Origin: Candidatus Nanopelagicales bacterium
GTDB lineage: Bacteria > Actinomycetota > Actinomycetes > S36-B12
Direction of reading: 5' to 3'
Assembly (NCBI GenBank): GCA_049431945.1
Contig: JBMTDJ010000002.1
Location: forward strand, 9,773 to 73,772
DNA length: 64,000 bases
The position numbers and the translations under genes were made by a program. Below the pieces are notes generated by a model that was given only the letters and a program-made list of their open reading frames with translations, was not told where the DNA came from and ran no database searches. Positions 47,055-56,851 of this stretch are shown piece after piece (the first letter of the stretch is position 1; every line of letters starts with the position of its first letter).

Positions 47055-47818
47055 TGTCCACCCTTGAGATCCGCAATCTCCACGCCACCGTCGAGTCCGA
47101 TGGGGCCCCTCGGGAGATCCTGCGCGGTGTCGACCTCACCGTGTCCAGCGGCCAGACCCACGCGGTCATGGGACCTAATGGATCCGGCAAGTCGACGCTC
47201 GCCTACGTCATCGCAGGACATCCCAAGTACACCGTCACCGAGGGATCGATCACCCTGGATGGCGCTGATGTCCTCGAGATGTCGGTAGACGAGCGCGCAC
47301 GCGCGGGATTGTTCCTCGCGATGCAATACCCGGTCGAGGTCCCTGGCGTATCCGTGTCCAACTTCCTGCGGACATCCGTCACCGCTGTGCGCGGCGAGGC
47401 ACCGAAGTTGCGCCTCTGGGTCAAGGAAATGAAGGAGGCCATGGCGGCGCTGCAGATCGACCCGGCCTTCGCCGAGAGGTCCGTCAACGAAGGGTTCTCC
47501 GGCGGCGAGAAGAAGCGGCACGAGATCCTTCAGCTCGAACTACTCAAGCCGAAGATCGCCGTCCTCGACGAGACCGACTCCGGCCTCGACGTTGACGCCC
47601 TCAAGGTCGTCGCTGATGGCGTGAACCGGTTCCAGTCGGACGGGACCACGGGCACGCTGCTCATCACGCACTACACGCGCATCCTGCGTTACATCCATCC
47701 TGACTTCGTTCACGTCTTCGTGGACGGCAGAATCGTCGAAAGCGGCGGTCCGGAGCTGGCTCAGCAACTTGAGGACGAAGGCTACGAGCGTTTCATCAAG
47801 GCGGGCTCGCCGGCGTGA
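47054..47818 (+). CDS. sufC: Fe-S cluster assembly ATPase SufC
   Basis: 'GPNGSGKSTL', 'NEGFSGGEKKR' and 'LDETDSGLD' are present. GAGGAG lies 5 nt upstream of ATG 47054. TTG 47051 is an alternative start. Confidence 0.96.
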   Translation: MSTLEIRNLHATVESDGAPREILRGVDLTVSSGQTHAVMGPNGSGKSTLAYVIAGHPKYTVTEGSITLDGADVLEMSVDERARAGLFLAMQYPVEVPGVSVSNFLRTSVTAVRGEAPKLRLWVKEMKEAMAALQIDPAFAERSVNEGFSGGEKKRHEILQLELLKPKIAVLDETDSGLDVDALKVVADGVNRFQSDGTTGTLLITHYTRILRYIHPDFVHVFVDGRIVESGGPELAQQLEDEGYERFIKAGSPA

Positions 47819-49137
47819 TTGTGGACACCGTGGACCCGAGCGACGTCACGATCGACCCCCTGGACGTCGAAGCGATCCGTGCGGACTTCCCTATCCTCGC
47901 TCGCAGCGTTCGCGGCGGCGGTCGCCTCATCTATCTCGATTCCGCAGCCACGACGCAGAAGCCTCTCGCGGTTCTCGACGCTGAACGCAACTACTACCTG
48001 TCGAGCAACGCCGCCGTGCATCGCGGTGCCCATCAGTTGGCCGAGGAAGCAACAGAGGCGTACGAGGGCGCGCGCGCCACGATCGCGGCCTTCGTGGGTG
48101 GCGCTCCTGAGGACCTCGTCTTCACGCGCAACGCCACCGAGTCGCTCAATCTTGTGGCGTATGCCTTCAGCAACGCCACTGCCAAGCATGCCCGAGGGGC
48201 GGCTCTACCCGAGGGTGCAGATCGCTATGTGCTCTCCGAGGGTGACGAGATCCTCGTCACCGAGATGGAGCATCACGCCAATCTGATCCCCTGGCAGGAG
48301 GTCTGCTCCAAGACCGGCGCCAGGCTCCGCTGGATCGGCCTGACGCCGGAAGGGAGACTCGACCTCGCGCAACTGGAGTCTGTGATCACCTCGCGCACGC
48401 GGGTTGTCTCGTTCACCCAGCAGTCGAATCTGCTTGGCACGGTTAACCCCGTGGAACCCATCGTGAGCGCCGCCGCCAGCGTGGGTGCGGTGACCATCCT
48501 GGATGCCTGCCAGTCCGTGCCGCACATGACGACCGATGTCCAGAGCCTGGGCGTGGACTTCGTCGCCTGGAGCGGCCACAAGATGCTCGGTCCGACCGGC
48601 ATCGGCTGTCTCTGGGGGAGGTCGTCCATGCTCGATGCCATGCCACCCTTCATCACCGGCGGTTCCATGATCGAGACCGTGACAATGGAATCGTCCACGT
48701 TCGCCGAGCCGCCCAAGCGCTTCGAGGCGGGGGTCCCCATGGTGGCTCAGGCGGTCGGGCTTGCGGCGGCGTGCGACTATCTGAGCGCTCTCGGCATGGA
48801 TCGAGTAGCTGCCCACGAGGCGGCGCTGACGGCGCGCGCCCTTCGAGCACTCTCGGACGTCGACGGGGTCCGGGTCGTGGGCCCGAGTGACACGCGTGAT
48901 CGTGGCAGCGCAATTTCCTTCGAGATCGACGGCGTGCATCCCCATGATGTCGGGCAAGTGCTGGACAGCAAAGGCATCGCTGTCCGCGTGGGCCATCACT
49001 GCGCATGGCCCGGATGCCGCGCGATGGGCGTACCCGCGACTACTCGCATGTCGCCCTACATCTACAACGGGACGGACGATATCGACGCATTCGTCCAGTC
49101 GCTGGCCGAAGTTCGACAAGTCTTCGGGCGGGCATGA
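47815..49137 (+). CDS. sufS: Cysteine desulfurase SufS
   Basis: 'HHANLIPW', the PLP lysine in 'SGHKMLGPTG', and the catalytic Cys in 'RVGHHCAWP'. Confidence 0.95.
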   Translation: MIVDTVDPSDVTIDPLDVEAIRADFPILARSVRGGGRLIYLDSAATTQKPLAVLDAERNYYLSSNAAVHRGAHQLAEEATEAYEGARATIAAFVGGAPEDLVFTRNATESLNLVAYAFSNATAKHARGAALPEGADRYVLSEGDEILVTEMEHHANLIPWQEVCSKTGARLRWIGLTPEGRLDLAQLESVITSRTRVVSFTQQSNLLGTVNPVEPIVSAAASVGAVTILDACQSVPHMTTDVQSLGVDFVAWSGHKMLGPTGIGCLWGRSSMLDAMPPFITGGSMIETVTMESSTFAEPPKRFEAGVPMVAQAVGLAAACDYLSALGMDRVAAHEAALTARALRALSDVDGVRVVGPSDTRDRGSAISFEIDGVHPHDVGQVLDSKGIAVRVGHHCAWPGCRAMGVPATTRMSPYIYNGTDDIDAFVQSLAEVRQVFGRA

Positions 49138-49592
49138 TGGAGGACCTCTACCAGGAGATCATCCTCGATCACTATCGGAATCCGGTCGGCAAGGGACTGC
49201 GAGATCCATTCGAGGCAGAGGTGCACCACGTCAACCCGACGTGTGGCGATGAGATCGACCTTCGCGTGCACCTGGAGGAGATGGACGGCGTGACGCGGGT
49301 GGCGGATGTGTCCTATGCGGGCCAGGGCTGCTCCATCTCCCAGGCGTCCGCGAGCGTGATGTACGAGAGCCTTTCGGGCAAGTCGCTGGATGAGGCGATG
49401 GCAGCGCTCGACAGGTTCCAGCAGATGGTGCAGTCCAAGGGCGCAGATCCGGGGGACGAGGAGACCATGGGCGACGCCGTCGCCTTTGCTGGCGTCGCAA
49501 AGTACCCGGCCCGGGTGAAGTGCGCGCTGCTGCCATGGATGGCATGGAAGGACGCCGTGGTCAGGGCGGCAGAGGGAGGGGACCGTGGCTGA
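49134..49592 (+). CDS. sufU: Fe-S cluster sulfur-transfer/scaffold protein SufU
   Basis: 'NPTCGDE', 'GQGCSIS' and 'VKCALLPW' are present. ATGA overlap with sufS. Confidence 0.93.
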   Translation: MMEDLYQEIILDHYRNPVGKGLRDPFEAEVHHVNPTCGDEIDLRVHLEEMDGVTRVADVSYAGQGCSISQASASVMYESLSGKSLDEAMAALDRFQQMVQSKGADPGDEETMGDAVAFAGVAKYPARVKCALLPWMAWKDAVVRAAEGGDRG

Positions 49593-49902
49593 GCAGGCTG
49601 TGGCCGAGGATGTCTGGGAGGCGATGAAGGATGTCGTCGACCCTGAGTTGGGGATCAACGTCGTCGACTTGGGCCTGGTCTACGACGTCCATGTTGAGGA
49701 GGGCAACTCCGCCACCCTGGACATGACGCTGACGTCGGCGGCCTGCCCGCTCACGGACGTCATCGAGGACCAGACGCGCGCGGCGCTCGATGGCTTGGTC
49801 GACAACTTCACGATCAATTGGGTGTGGCTGCCGCCATGGGGGCCCGACAAGATCACCGATGACGGTCGCGAGATGCTGCGCGCCTTGGGCTTCAACGTCT
49901 AG
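49585..49902 (+). CDS. sufT: DUF59 metal-sulfur cluster assembly factor (SufT-like)
   Basis: 'VVDPELGINVVDLGLVY' and 'TLTSAACP' are present. 105 aa. Overlaps the sufU stop. Confidence 0.85.
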   Translation: MAEQAVAEDVWEAMKDVVDPELGINVVDLGLVYDVHVEEGNSATLDMTLTSAACPLTDVIEDQTRAALDGLVDNFTINWVWLPPWGPDKITDDGREMLRALGFNV

Positions 49903-49920
49903 GGGTACGCTCACCGGGCC

Positions 49921-51519
49921 GTGATCACCGCCCAGGACATCGAGTTGCGAGCAGGAGCCCGCCTGCTGCTCGAGGGTGCGTCGCTGCGCGTGGGTCCCGG
50001 CGACAGGGTGGGGCTGGTCGGTCGCAACGGGGCGGGCAAGACCACCCTGACCCGTGTTCTCGCCGGTGAGGCGCAGCCGGCCGCCGGGCAGGTTCGGCGC
50101 ACGGGCACGGTGGGCTATTTGCCCCAGGACCCGCGTACCGGGGACCTGGGCATCCTGGCTCGCGACCGGATCCTCGGCGCCCGAGGGCTCGATGAGGCGG
50201 CGCGCGCCATGCGGTCGAGCGCGGAGCGCATGGGCGTGAGCGATGGCGCTGAGCAGGAGCAGGCCATGCGGGCCTATGACAGGGCCTCCCTCGAGTTCGA
50301 GGCGCTGGGCGGCTACGCATCGGAATCCGAGGCCGCCCGCATCGCCGCGAGCCTGGGACTGCCTGAGCGCGTCCTGGGCCAACCACTGGGAACGCTCTCA
50401 GGTGGTCAACGACGGCGAGTGGAACTGGCCAGGATTCTCTTCGGCGGTCACGACGTGCTGCTCTTGGACGAACCAACGAATCATCTCGATGCGGACTCCA
50501 TCATGTGGCTGCGACGATTCCTCGCTGGCTATTCGGGCGGCTTCATTGTGATCAGCCACGACGCAGGTCTCTTGGAGGCCACGGTCAATACGGTCGTTCA
50601 CCTTGATGCTCAGCGAGCCGAGCTCGACACCTATGCGATGGGGTGGACCGCCTACCTCCAACAGCGCGAGACAGACGAGCGCAGGCGCAAGCGCGAGCGC
50701 GCGAACGCCGAGAAGCAGGCCTCAGCACTTCGGGAGCAAGCCGAGCGCATGCGCGCGAAGGCAACGAAGGCACGGGCAGCCCAATCCATGCTGAAGCGAG
50801 CTGACCGCCTTGTGGGCGGACTGGAGCAGGAACGCGCGAAGGAGCGCGTCGCTCGCATTCGACTCCCTGAGCCGCAGGCATGCGGGAAGACGCCTCTAAG
50901 TGCTCGTGGACTGTCCAGGTCGTACGGGTCGGAGGAGGTATTCACGGACGTGGATCTGGACGTCGATCGTGGCTCCCGCGTCGTCGTCCTCGGCCTCAAC
51001 GGCGCTGGCAAGACAACGTTGCTGCGCATCCTGGCCGGTGTCGATGAGCCGGACACGGGGGCGGTGATTCACGGCCACGGTGTGCGCATCGGCTATTACG
51101 CGCAGGAGCACGAGACTCTTGACCCTGCACGTACCGTGATCGAGACATTCTCGAGCGCCGCACCTCAGCTCAGCGATAGTGAACGAAGATCGGTGCTCGG
51201 CTCATTTCTCTTCAGCGGCGATGACGTCGCTAAGCCCGTAGGAGTCCTCTCCGGAGGCGAGAAGACGCGACTCGCGCTGGCCACTCTCGTCGTGTCGAGC
51301 GCGAATGTGCTTCTCCTCGACGAGCCCACGAATAACCTCGACCCAGCGAGCAGGGAGGAGATCCTGTCTGCCCTCGGCCGCTATCAGGGTGCTGTCATCC
51401 TCGTCACCCATGATGAGGGAGCCGTGCGCGCACTCGATCCCCAACGAGTCGTCATCCTGCCGGAGGGCGACGAGGACCTCTGGAGCGATGACTACGCTGA
51501 ACTCGTCGAACTCGCCTAG
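49921..51519 (+). CDS. ABC-F family ATPase (no TM domain)
   Basis: Two NBDs ('GRNGAGKTT'/'LSGGQRRR' and 'GLNGAGKTT'/'LSGGEKTR') joined by a charged linker 'RETDERRRKRERANAEKQ'. Confidence 0.9.
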   Translation: MITAQDIELRAGARLLLEGASLRVGPGDRVGLVGRNGAGKTTLTRVLAGEAQPAAGQVRRTGTVGYLPQDPRTGDLGILARDRILGARGLDEAARAMRSSAERMGVSDGAEQEQAMRAYDRASLEFEALGGYASESEAARIAASLGLPERVLGQPLGTLSGGQRRRVELARILFGGHDVLLLDEPTNHLDADSIMWLRRFLAGYSGGFIVISHDAGLLEATVNTVVHLDAQRAELDTYAMGWTAYLQQRETDERRRKRERANAEKQASALREQAERMRAKATKARAAQSMLKRADRLVGGLEQERAKERVARIRLPEPQACGKTPLSARGLSRSYGSEEVFTDVDLDVDRGSRVVVLGLNGAGKTTLLRILAGVDEPDTGAVIHGHGVRIGYYAQEHETLDPARTVIETFSSAAPQLSDSERRSVLGSFLFSGDDVAKPVGVLSGGEKTRLALATLVVSSANVLLLDEPTNNLDPASREEILSALGRYQGAVILVTHDEGAVRALDPQRVVILPEGDEDLWSDDYAELVELA

Positions 51520-51536
51520 CCCGATGCGGAGATCCC

Positions 51537-52340
51537 ATGACTGTCGCCGTGCCCGCTGAAGTCCTGGCCCGCGGGTCCGTGCGCGTGGATGGCATGGATC
51601 ACCTGCCCGGCCGCGTCATCAGCGTGATCCTGGATCGTCCGGAGGCCCGCAACGCTCAAACGCCGGCCACCTGGGCCGCGCTCGAGGCGATCGGCGGGGC
51701 GCTCGATACCGCGGACGCCACGATGGCGGTGATCCGCGGCGAGGGTTCGGCCTTTTCTGCAGGACTGGACCGTCGCATGTTCACCCCCGATGGGATTCCC
51801 GGCGAGACCTCCCTTGCGGCCATGGCGGCGATGAGCGATGAGCAGATGGCCGCGCAGATCGAGGAGTACCAACGCGCGTTCACCTGGCAGCGCCGGGTCC
51901 CGGCCCTCACGGTTGCCGCCGTCCACGGGCCGGCCATTGGGGCGGGCTTCCAACTTGCTCTGGCATGCGATGTCATCCTGGCGTCCCCCTCCGCATCTTT
52001 TGCCATGAGGGAGACGTCATGGGGGCTCGTTCCTGACCTCGGCGGCACAGGACCGCTTGTGCGCGCAGTCGGCTACTCCCGTGCCGTGGACATCTGTGCG
52101 ACGGGACGGATGATCTCGGCCGACGAGGGCTTCGCTCTGGGCTTCGTCACCAGAGTCGTCCCCGACCTGGACGAGTGCATCGCCGACATGGCCATGTCCA
52201 TCGCGAGCGCCCCACCGGGTGCGGTGCGCGACCTCATGCCACTCCTCGCCTTGGGCGAGATCAACGACCGCCAGGAGCAGTTGTCCGCCGAGCGCCGAAC
52301 GCAGGTAGCACGGCTACGCGACTTGCTCGGAGGCAACTAG
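51537..52340 (+). CDS. Enoyl-CoA hydratase/isomerase (crotonase) family protein
   Basis: 'LDRPEARNA', 'GEGSAFSAGLD' and 'GPAIGAGFQLALACD' are present. Confidence 0.85.
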   Translation: MTVAVPAEVLARGSVRVDGMDHLPGRVISVILDRPEARNAQTPATWAALEAIGGALDTADATMAVIRGEGSAFSAGLDRRMFTPDGIPGETSLAAMAAMSDEQMAAQIEEYQRAFTWQRRVPALTVAAVHGPAIGAGFQLALACDVILASPSASFAMRETSWGLVPDLGGTGPLVRAVGYSRAVDICATGRMISADEGFALGFVTRVVPDLDECIADMAMSIASAPPGAVRDLMPLLALGEINDRQEQLSAERRTQVARLRDLLGGN

Positions 52341-52342
52341 AC

Positions 52343-54226
52343 GTGTCCGGAGTCAATCCCTGGCAGATCTACCAGTCGATGACTCGGGATCCCGCAGAGG
52401 TCAGTCCTGTCGGCTGGCCCGTTGTACGCCGGATCCTCACCTACGCGCGCCCCTACCGGGGCCTCGTGGTCGCCTTCCTCGTCACCTTGGTGATCGCGTC
52501 CCTGCTCACGGTCGCACAGCCGTTGGTGTTCCGGCAGATCATCGACTCCGGGATCTCGCAGGGCAATGCCGCCCTTGTCACGTCCCTGGCCATCCTCGTG
52601 GCCATCCTGGCCTTGCTCGATGCCGGCATCAACCTCGTGGGCAGGTGGTACTCGAGTCGGATCGGTGAGGGCCTGATCTACGACTTGCGAACCCAGGTAT
52701 ACGACCACGTGCAGCGCCAGTCTGTGGCGTTCTTCACGCGTGCGCAGACAGGTGCCCTCGTATCCCGTCTGAACAGCGATGTCATTGGGGCGCAGCAGGC
52801 ATTCACCTCGACCCTCGGTGGAGTCGTCGGCAACCTCATCACCGCGAGCATCGTCCTGGTCACGATGTTCCTGCTGTCGTGGCAGGTCACCCTGCTGTCG
52901 CTGGTGCTGGTGCCGCTCTTCCTCCTTCCCGCGCGCTGGATGGGCCGGCGCCTGCAGTCCCTGACCAAGCAGCAGATGCAGGTCAATGCGCAGATGAGCA
53001 CCCAGATGACCGAGCGCTTCAATGTCGCTGGTGCCCTGCTGGTCTCGCTCTTCGGCAGGCCCGAGCGCGAGCACGGGGAGTTCGCCGGCCGGGCGGCGCA
53101 GGTGCGCGACGCGGGCGTGAGCATCGCGATGGCCAATCGCTGGTTCTTCACGGCCCTGCTGCTCGTCGGCTCGATAGCCACCGCCATCGCCTACGGTGTG
53201 GGCGGCAACCTCGTGATCGAGGGCGCCATCACGCTGGGGACCCTGCTGGCCCTCGTGGCGCTCCTGGCCCAGCTCTACGGACCTCTCACCGCCTTGTCCA
53301 ACGTCCGCGTCGACGTCATGACTGCCCTGGTGAGCTTCGAGAGGGTCTTCGAGATCTTGGACCTTCCGCCCCTCGTGCGGGATGCGCCCGATGCGGTGCC
53401 GGTCCGTGAGGGGCCGCTCGATGTCCGCTTCGACCATGTCGGATTCCGCTACCCGACGGCCGGCGAGGTGAGCCTGGCGTCCCTTGAGTCCGTCGCACGA
53501 GAGGACTCGCTGCGCGCTGACGCGCCGGTTCTGCATGATGTCTCCTTCCGCGCTGAGCCGGGCCAGATGATCGCTCTGGTGGGCCCCTCAGGCGCCGGCA
53601 AGACGACGATCACCGCACTCGTTCCGCGGCTCTACGACGTGACCTACGGTTCCGTGAGTATCGGCGGCACCGATGTCCGTGATCTGGAGTTGGCGTCGCT
53701 GCGGGACGCGGTGGGCGTCGTCACCCAGGATGCGCATCTCTTCCACGACACGATCGAGGCCAACCTGCTCTTCGCCCGGCCCGATGCCACCCGCGAGCAA
53801 ATGCGCGACGCGCTCCGCGATGCCCGCATCCTGGATCTGATCGATAGCCTGCCCGCGGGACTCGGAACCGTCGTAGGAGACCGGGGCTATCGCCTGTCAG
53901 GAGGGGAGAAGCAGAGGCTGGCGATTGCGCGGCTGCTGCTCAAGGCCCCTCGCATCGTCATCCTCGACGAGGCCACCGCGCATCTGGACTCGGAGAGCGA
54001 GGCCGCAGTGCAGCAGGCACTCGCCCAGGCGCTCATCGGGCGCACCTCGCTCGTCATCGCCCATCGACTGTCCACGATCCGACAGGCCGACGTCATTCTC
54101 GTCGTGGATGACGGTCGGATCGTGGAGCGTGGGACCCACGAGGAGCTCCTCGCACGTGGTGGTGCCTACGCGGGCCTCTATGCGACTCAATTCGCCGCCT
54201 CTCGGACCGAGGAGCCGCCCAGGTAG
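52343..54226 (+). CDS. Fused TMD-NBD ABC exporter (MdlB/MsbA-like half transporter)
   Basis: Six N-terminal TM helices, then 'GPSGAGKTT', 'LSGGEKQR' and 'ILDEATAHLD'. GTG 52343 is chosen because the upstream part of the track ORF overlaps the crotonase gene. Confidence 0.9.
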   Translation: MSGVNPWQIYQSMTRDPAEVSPVGWPVVRRILTYARPYRGLVVAFLVTLVIASLLTVAQPLVFRQIIDSGISQGNAALVTSLAILVAILALLDAGINLVGRWYSSRIGEGLIYDLRTQVYDHVQRQSVAFFTRAQTGALVSRLNSDVIGAQQAFTSTLGGVVGNLITASIVLVTMFLLSWQVTLLSLVLVPLFLLPARWMGRRLQSLTKQQMQVNAQMSTQMTERFNVAGALLVSLFGRPEREHGEFAGRAAQVRDAGVSIAMANRWFFTALLLVGSIATAIAYGVGGNLVIEGAITLGTLLALVALLAQLYGPLTALSNVRVDVMTALVSFERVFEILDLPPLVRDAPDAVPVREGPLDVRFDHVGFRYPTAGEVSLASLESVAREDSLRADAPVLHDVSFRAEPGQMIALVGPSGAGKTTITALVPRLYDVTYGSVSIGGTDVRDLELASLRDAVGVVTQDAHLFHDTIEANLLFARPDATREQMRDALRDARILDLIDSLPAGLGTVVGDRGYRLSGGEKQRLAIARLLLKAPRIVILDEATAHLDSESEAAVQQALAQALIGRTSLVIAHRLSTIRQADVILVVDDGRIVERGTHEELLARGGAYAGLYATQFAASRTEEPPR

Positions 54227-54237
54227 ACGTGTCCGCG

Positions 54238-54954
54238 TCACCAGGGCGAGCGGAGCAGGCCTCCATCGACAGAGACGAGCGTGCCGGTCACATAGGAAGC
54301 CGCGGGGGAGAGGAGGAAGGCCGCCACCCGGCCGAATTCGGCTGGATCTCCGGGTCGCCCGAGCGGAATTCCTTCCCCGGCGTTTTCGGGGTACAGCTCG
54401 CGCAAACGCTGCGTCGCGATGCGTCCGGGAAGGATGCCGTTGACGCGCACGTCGGGAGCCAATGCGTCGGCGAGATCCTTCACTGCAACGGCAAGTCCGG
54501 GACGCATGCCGTTGCTGGCTCCGAGATCGGCGATGGGCTGCTTGACGGTGGTAGACAGCACGGCAAGGAATGCTCCGTTGGGTCGCATCCGGGGCGCGAG
54601 TGTCCGGACGAGACGTATCGTGGCCATGAAGACCCCATCGAACGCAGACTGCCATTCGGCGTCGTCGATCTCCAATATCCGACCGGGTGCCGGTCCGCCC
54701 ACGTTGACCAACGCCCCGTCGATGTCACCTGCCCAGGCACTGATCTGCTGGGCAGTTTCAGGAAGGGATAGATCCGCCGCCAGGTATTCGTGGCCGGTGC
54801 CGAGGCTGGCGCAGGCGTTCGCGAGCGCTGCGGGGTCGCGTCCGATGAGAAGTGTCCGGGCGCCCTCTGCTGCTAGGGCCTGCGCCGTCGCGTAGCCCAG
54901 TCCACGCGAGCCGCCGGTGACGACGTACCGGTGCCCGGTGAGCCCGAGGTCCAT
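54238..54954 (-). CDS. Short-chain dehydrogenase/reductase
   Basis: 'VVTGGSRGLG' Rossmann motif. ATG 54954 shares one base with the SURF1 stop (TGATG). Confidence 0.85.
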   Translation of the reverse strand: MDLGLTGHRYVVTGGSRGLGYATAQALAAEGARTLLIGRDPAALANACASLGTGHEYLAADLSLPETAQQISAWAGDIDGALVNVGGPAPGRILEIDDAEWQSAFDGVFMATIRLVRTLAPRMRPNGAFLAVLSTTVKQPIADLGASNGMRPGLAVAVKDLADALAPDVRVNGILPGRIATQRLRELYPENAGEGIPLGRPGDPAEFGRVAAFLLSPAASYVTGTLVSVDGGLLRSPW

Positions 54955-55673
54955 CAGGCACCTCCTGGTGCATCGGCGATCTGGTCCTCGCGCGCTTCCC
55001 GACGCAGGAAGAAGAACCAGCCGGCGATGGCGATCGTCGCGAAGATCAGCCACTGCACGGCGTAACTGATGTTTTGCGTTTCGTCGATGGCAGGGGCGGG
55101 CAAAGGCTGGACGTTGACGTCCGGAGGCGACGTGTCCACCGCTTCGAGGTAGAAGTCGACGATGTCAGCGCCGAGCACCACGGGCACGAGCCCACTGACC
55201 TGGCCCGCCGGGAGGTCCGTCGGCTCCGGGTCACGGGGAGCGTCGATGACACGCGTCCGCGCGGTGACCGTGACCGTGCCCACGGGCGGTTCCGGCGCCG
55301 CCACCACCCCGGTGGCCGCGCTGGTCGCCGGGATCCAGCCGCGATTGACCCAGAGGCGGCCTTCAGCCGTGTCCAAGGCGGTGATCACCCAGAAGCCGTT
55401 GCGGCCTTCGAGCGGTCGCTGACGCACGAGGAGAGTCGACGTCGGGTCGTAGATCCCCGTCGCGATCACCTGACGCCAGTCGATGGGATCTTCCAGCACG
55501 TCGGCGAGGGCTGCCGGGGGTGCGGATTGCTGGGCAGCCCAGGCCTCACGCTTGGTGCGCTCCTCATCCGCGCGCTGCCACTGCCAGCGACTCAGCAGGC
55601 CGAAGGCGATGATCGCCACGATCACGAGGGCCGTGAAAGCGACCCAGCGACGTGAGCGCAGAAGTGACCACAC
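54954..55673 (-). CDS. SURF1-family cytochrome oxidase assembly protein
   Basis: N- and C-terminal TM helices flank 'GFWVITAL....LWVNRGWIP'. 239 aa. Confidence 0.8.
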   Translation of the reverse strand: MWSLLRSRRWVAFTALVIVAIIAFGLLSRWQWQRADEERTKREAWAAQQSAPPAALADVLEDPIDWRQVIATGIYDPTSTLLVRQRPLEGRNGFWVITALDTAEGRLWVNRGWIPATSAATGVVAAPEPPVGTVTVTARTRVIDAPRDPEPTDLPAGQVSGLVPVVLGADIVDFYLEAVDTSPPDVNVQPLPAPAIDETQNISYAVQWLIFATIAIAGWFFFLRREAREDQIADAPGGA

Positions 55674-55687
55674 GGCTCAACGGTAGG

Positions 55688-55999
55688 TCAGGATCCCTGG
55701 CCCGAGACGTGCGGACCCGACGGGAGCATGCGCGTGCTCGGGGGCGGTGGGGTGGGCGGTGGGACACCTCGCCGGCTCCGGCCCGAGTTCGCTGCGACCA
55801 CGGCGAGATAGGGCAGTGCCACAGCGCCGGCCAGGAACACCCATCGAGGCCAACCGGGGACCACGATGGCGAGGAGGACGCAGGCTGTCCGGATTGTCAT
55901 GGAGACCAGATATCGCTTGGTGCGGCCGGTCTGCTCGTTGCTGAGCGACTCTCCGGCCCCCGTGATGCTGTGCACCTCGGGTGGGCGGGCGGAGTTCAT
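55688..55999 (-). CDS. DUF3099-like small membrane protein
   Basis: 103 aa with two TM helices ('IRTACVLLAIVVPGWP', 'VFLAGAVALPYLAVVAAN') and a Pro-rich tail. It is adjacent to SURF1, as is usual in actinobacteria. Confidence 0.7.
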   Translation of the reverse strand: MNSARPPEVHSITGAGESLSNEQTGRTKRYLVSMTIRTACVLLAIVVPGWPRWVFLAGAVALPYLAVVAANSGRSRRGVPPPTPPPPSTRMLPSGPHVSGQGS

Positions 56000-56049
56000 G
56001 GGTCAACGCTACGTCGGAATCGAGGATTGCGCAGCGCTGGGTGGTCCCC

Positions 56050-56751
56050 CTAGGAGGCCTCGCGATCGGGGGCTCGCAGGGAGTCGAGTTCGGCGCGCTG
56101 TGCCTTGGTCGGCTGCAGGATGATGTTGAGGGGCCAGATGAGGAGCAAGGCCCAGTAACCCAGGAATGGATAGATCACGGTCGTCAATCCCGCGACGATG
56201 AAGACGACGAAGAACGCCGCACCCCGGAGCCGGGCGCGGGTCTTCGAGAGCGCGGCCCAGTAGGCGCGATCGTTGGGCTTGATGAACTCGGGCCGACGAT
56301 TGATGTAAAGAGACACGATGGTGCCGATGCCGCTGATGTACGCCATCGTCCACCAGTAGAGCGCACCCGTGCCGTCGCTTGAGAAGACACCCACATCCGT
56401 CGACCCCCAGTGATCACCCGCGCCGTACATCGTCGAAGGCCACGGTAGGAAGACGAACCCGATGAGCCAGAACATGTCCAGCCAGAAGATAACCGCGTCG
56501 TAGGCGTAGAGGGAGTTCATCACCCGGTTGTGGATGTTCCACATGACGGCCATGACGACGAAGGTCACGATGAAAGTGATGATCTGGCCCTGGTGGGCGC
56601 TGATGACATCCAGGACGTTTTCGCCGTCCTTGGGCCCGGGAATGTCGAACAGCGGTAGTGCGAGCACGGTGATGGCGACGGCGACGACCGCGTCGGAGAA
56701 GAACAGCAGCCGGTCCACGGCCGTCCCTGTGCGCTTCTCCCACTGGGCCAT
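56050..56751 (-). CDS. TMEM175/DUF1211-family putative K+ channel
   Basis: TM1 signature R-x3-F-S-D in 'VDRLLFFSDAVVAVAITVL'. 6 TM helices. ATG 56751 is chosen because the upstream 50 codons of the track ORF have no hydrophobic or conserved character. Confidence 0.8.
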   Translation of the reverse strand: MAQWEKRTGTAVDRLLFFSDAVVAVAITVLALPLFDIPGPKDGENVLDVISAHQGQIITFIVTFVVMAVMWNIHNRVMNSLYAYDAVIFWLDMFWLIGFVFLPWPSTMYGAGDHWGSTDVGVFSSDGTGALYWWTMAYISGIGTIVSLYINRRPEFIKPNDRAYWAALSKTRARLRGAAFFVVFIVAGLTTVIYPFLGYWALLLIWPLNIILQPTKAQRAELDSLRAPDREAS

Positions 56752-56817
56752 GGAGTGATGCTCCCATGCATGTCGCTGTTCCGTGGGCGAAGACGACCCA
56801 CTAACGTCTGCGTGTGC

Positions 56818-56835
56818 GCCCGCGCCCACGCGGGC
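56818..56835. promoter_or_regulatory. Perfect 7-bp inverted repeat (GCCCGCG-ccca-CGCGGGC) 17 bp upstream of fabG
   Basis: Read directly at 56818-24 and 56829-35. A second hairpin, gtgggcg/cg(a)cccac, lies at 56783-56801 in the same 100-bp divergent region. Confidence 0.3.
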
Positions 56836-56851
56836 CGAGGGGAGTCCCAGG

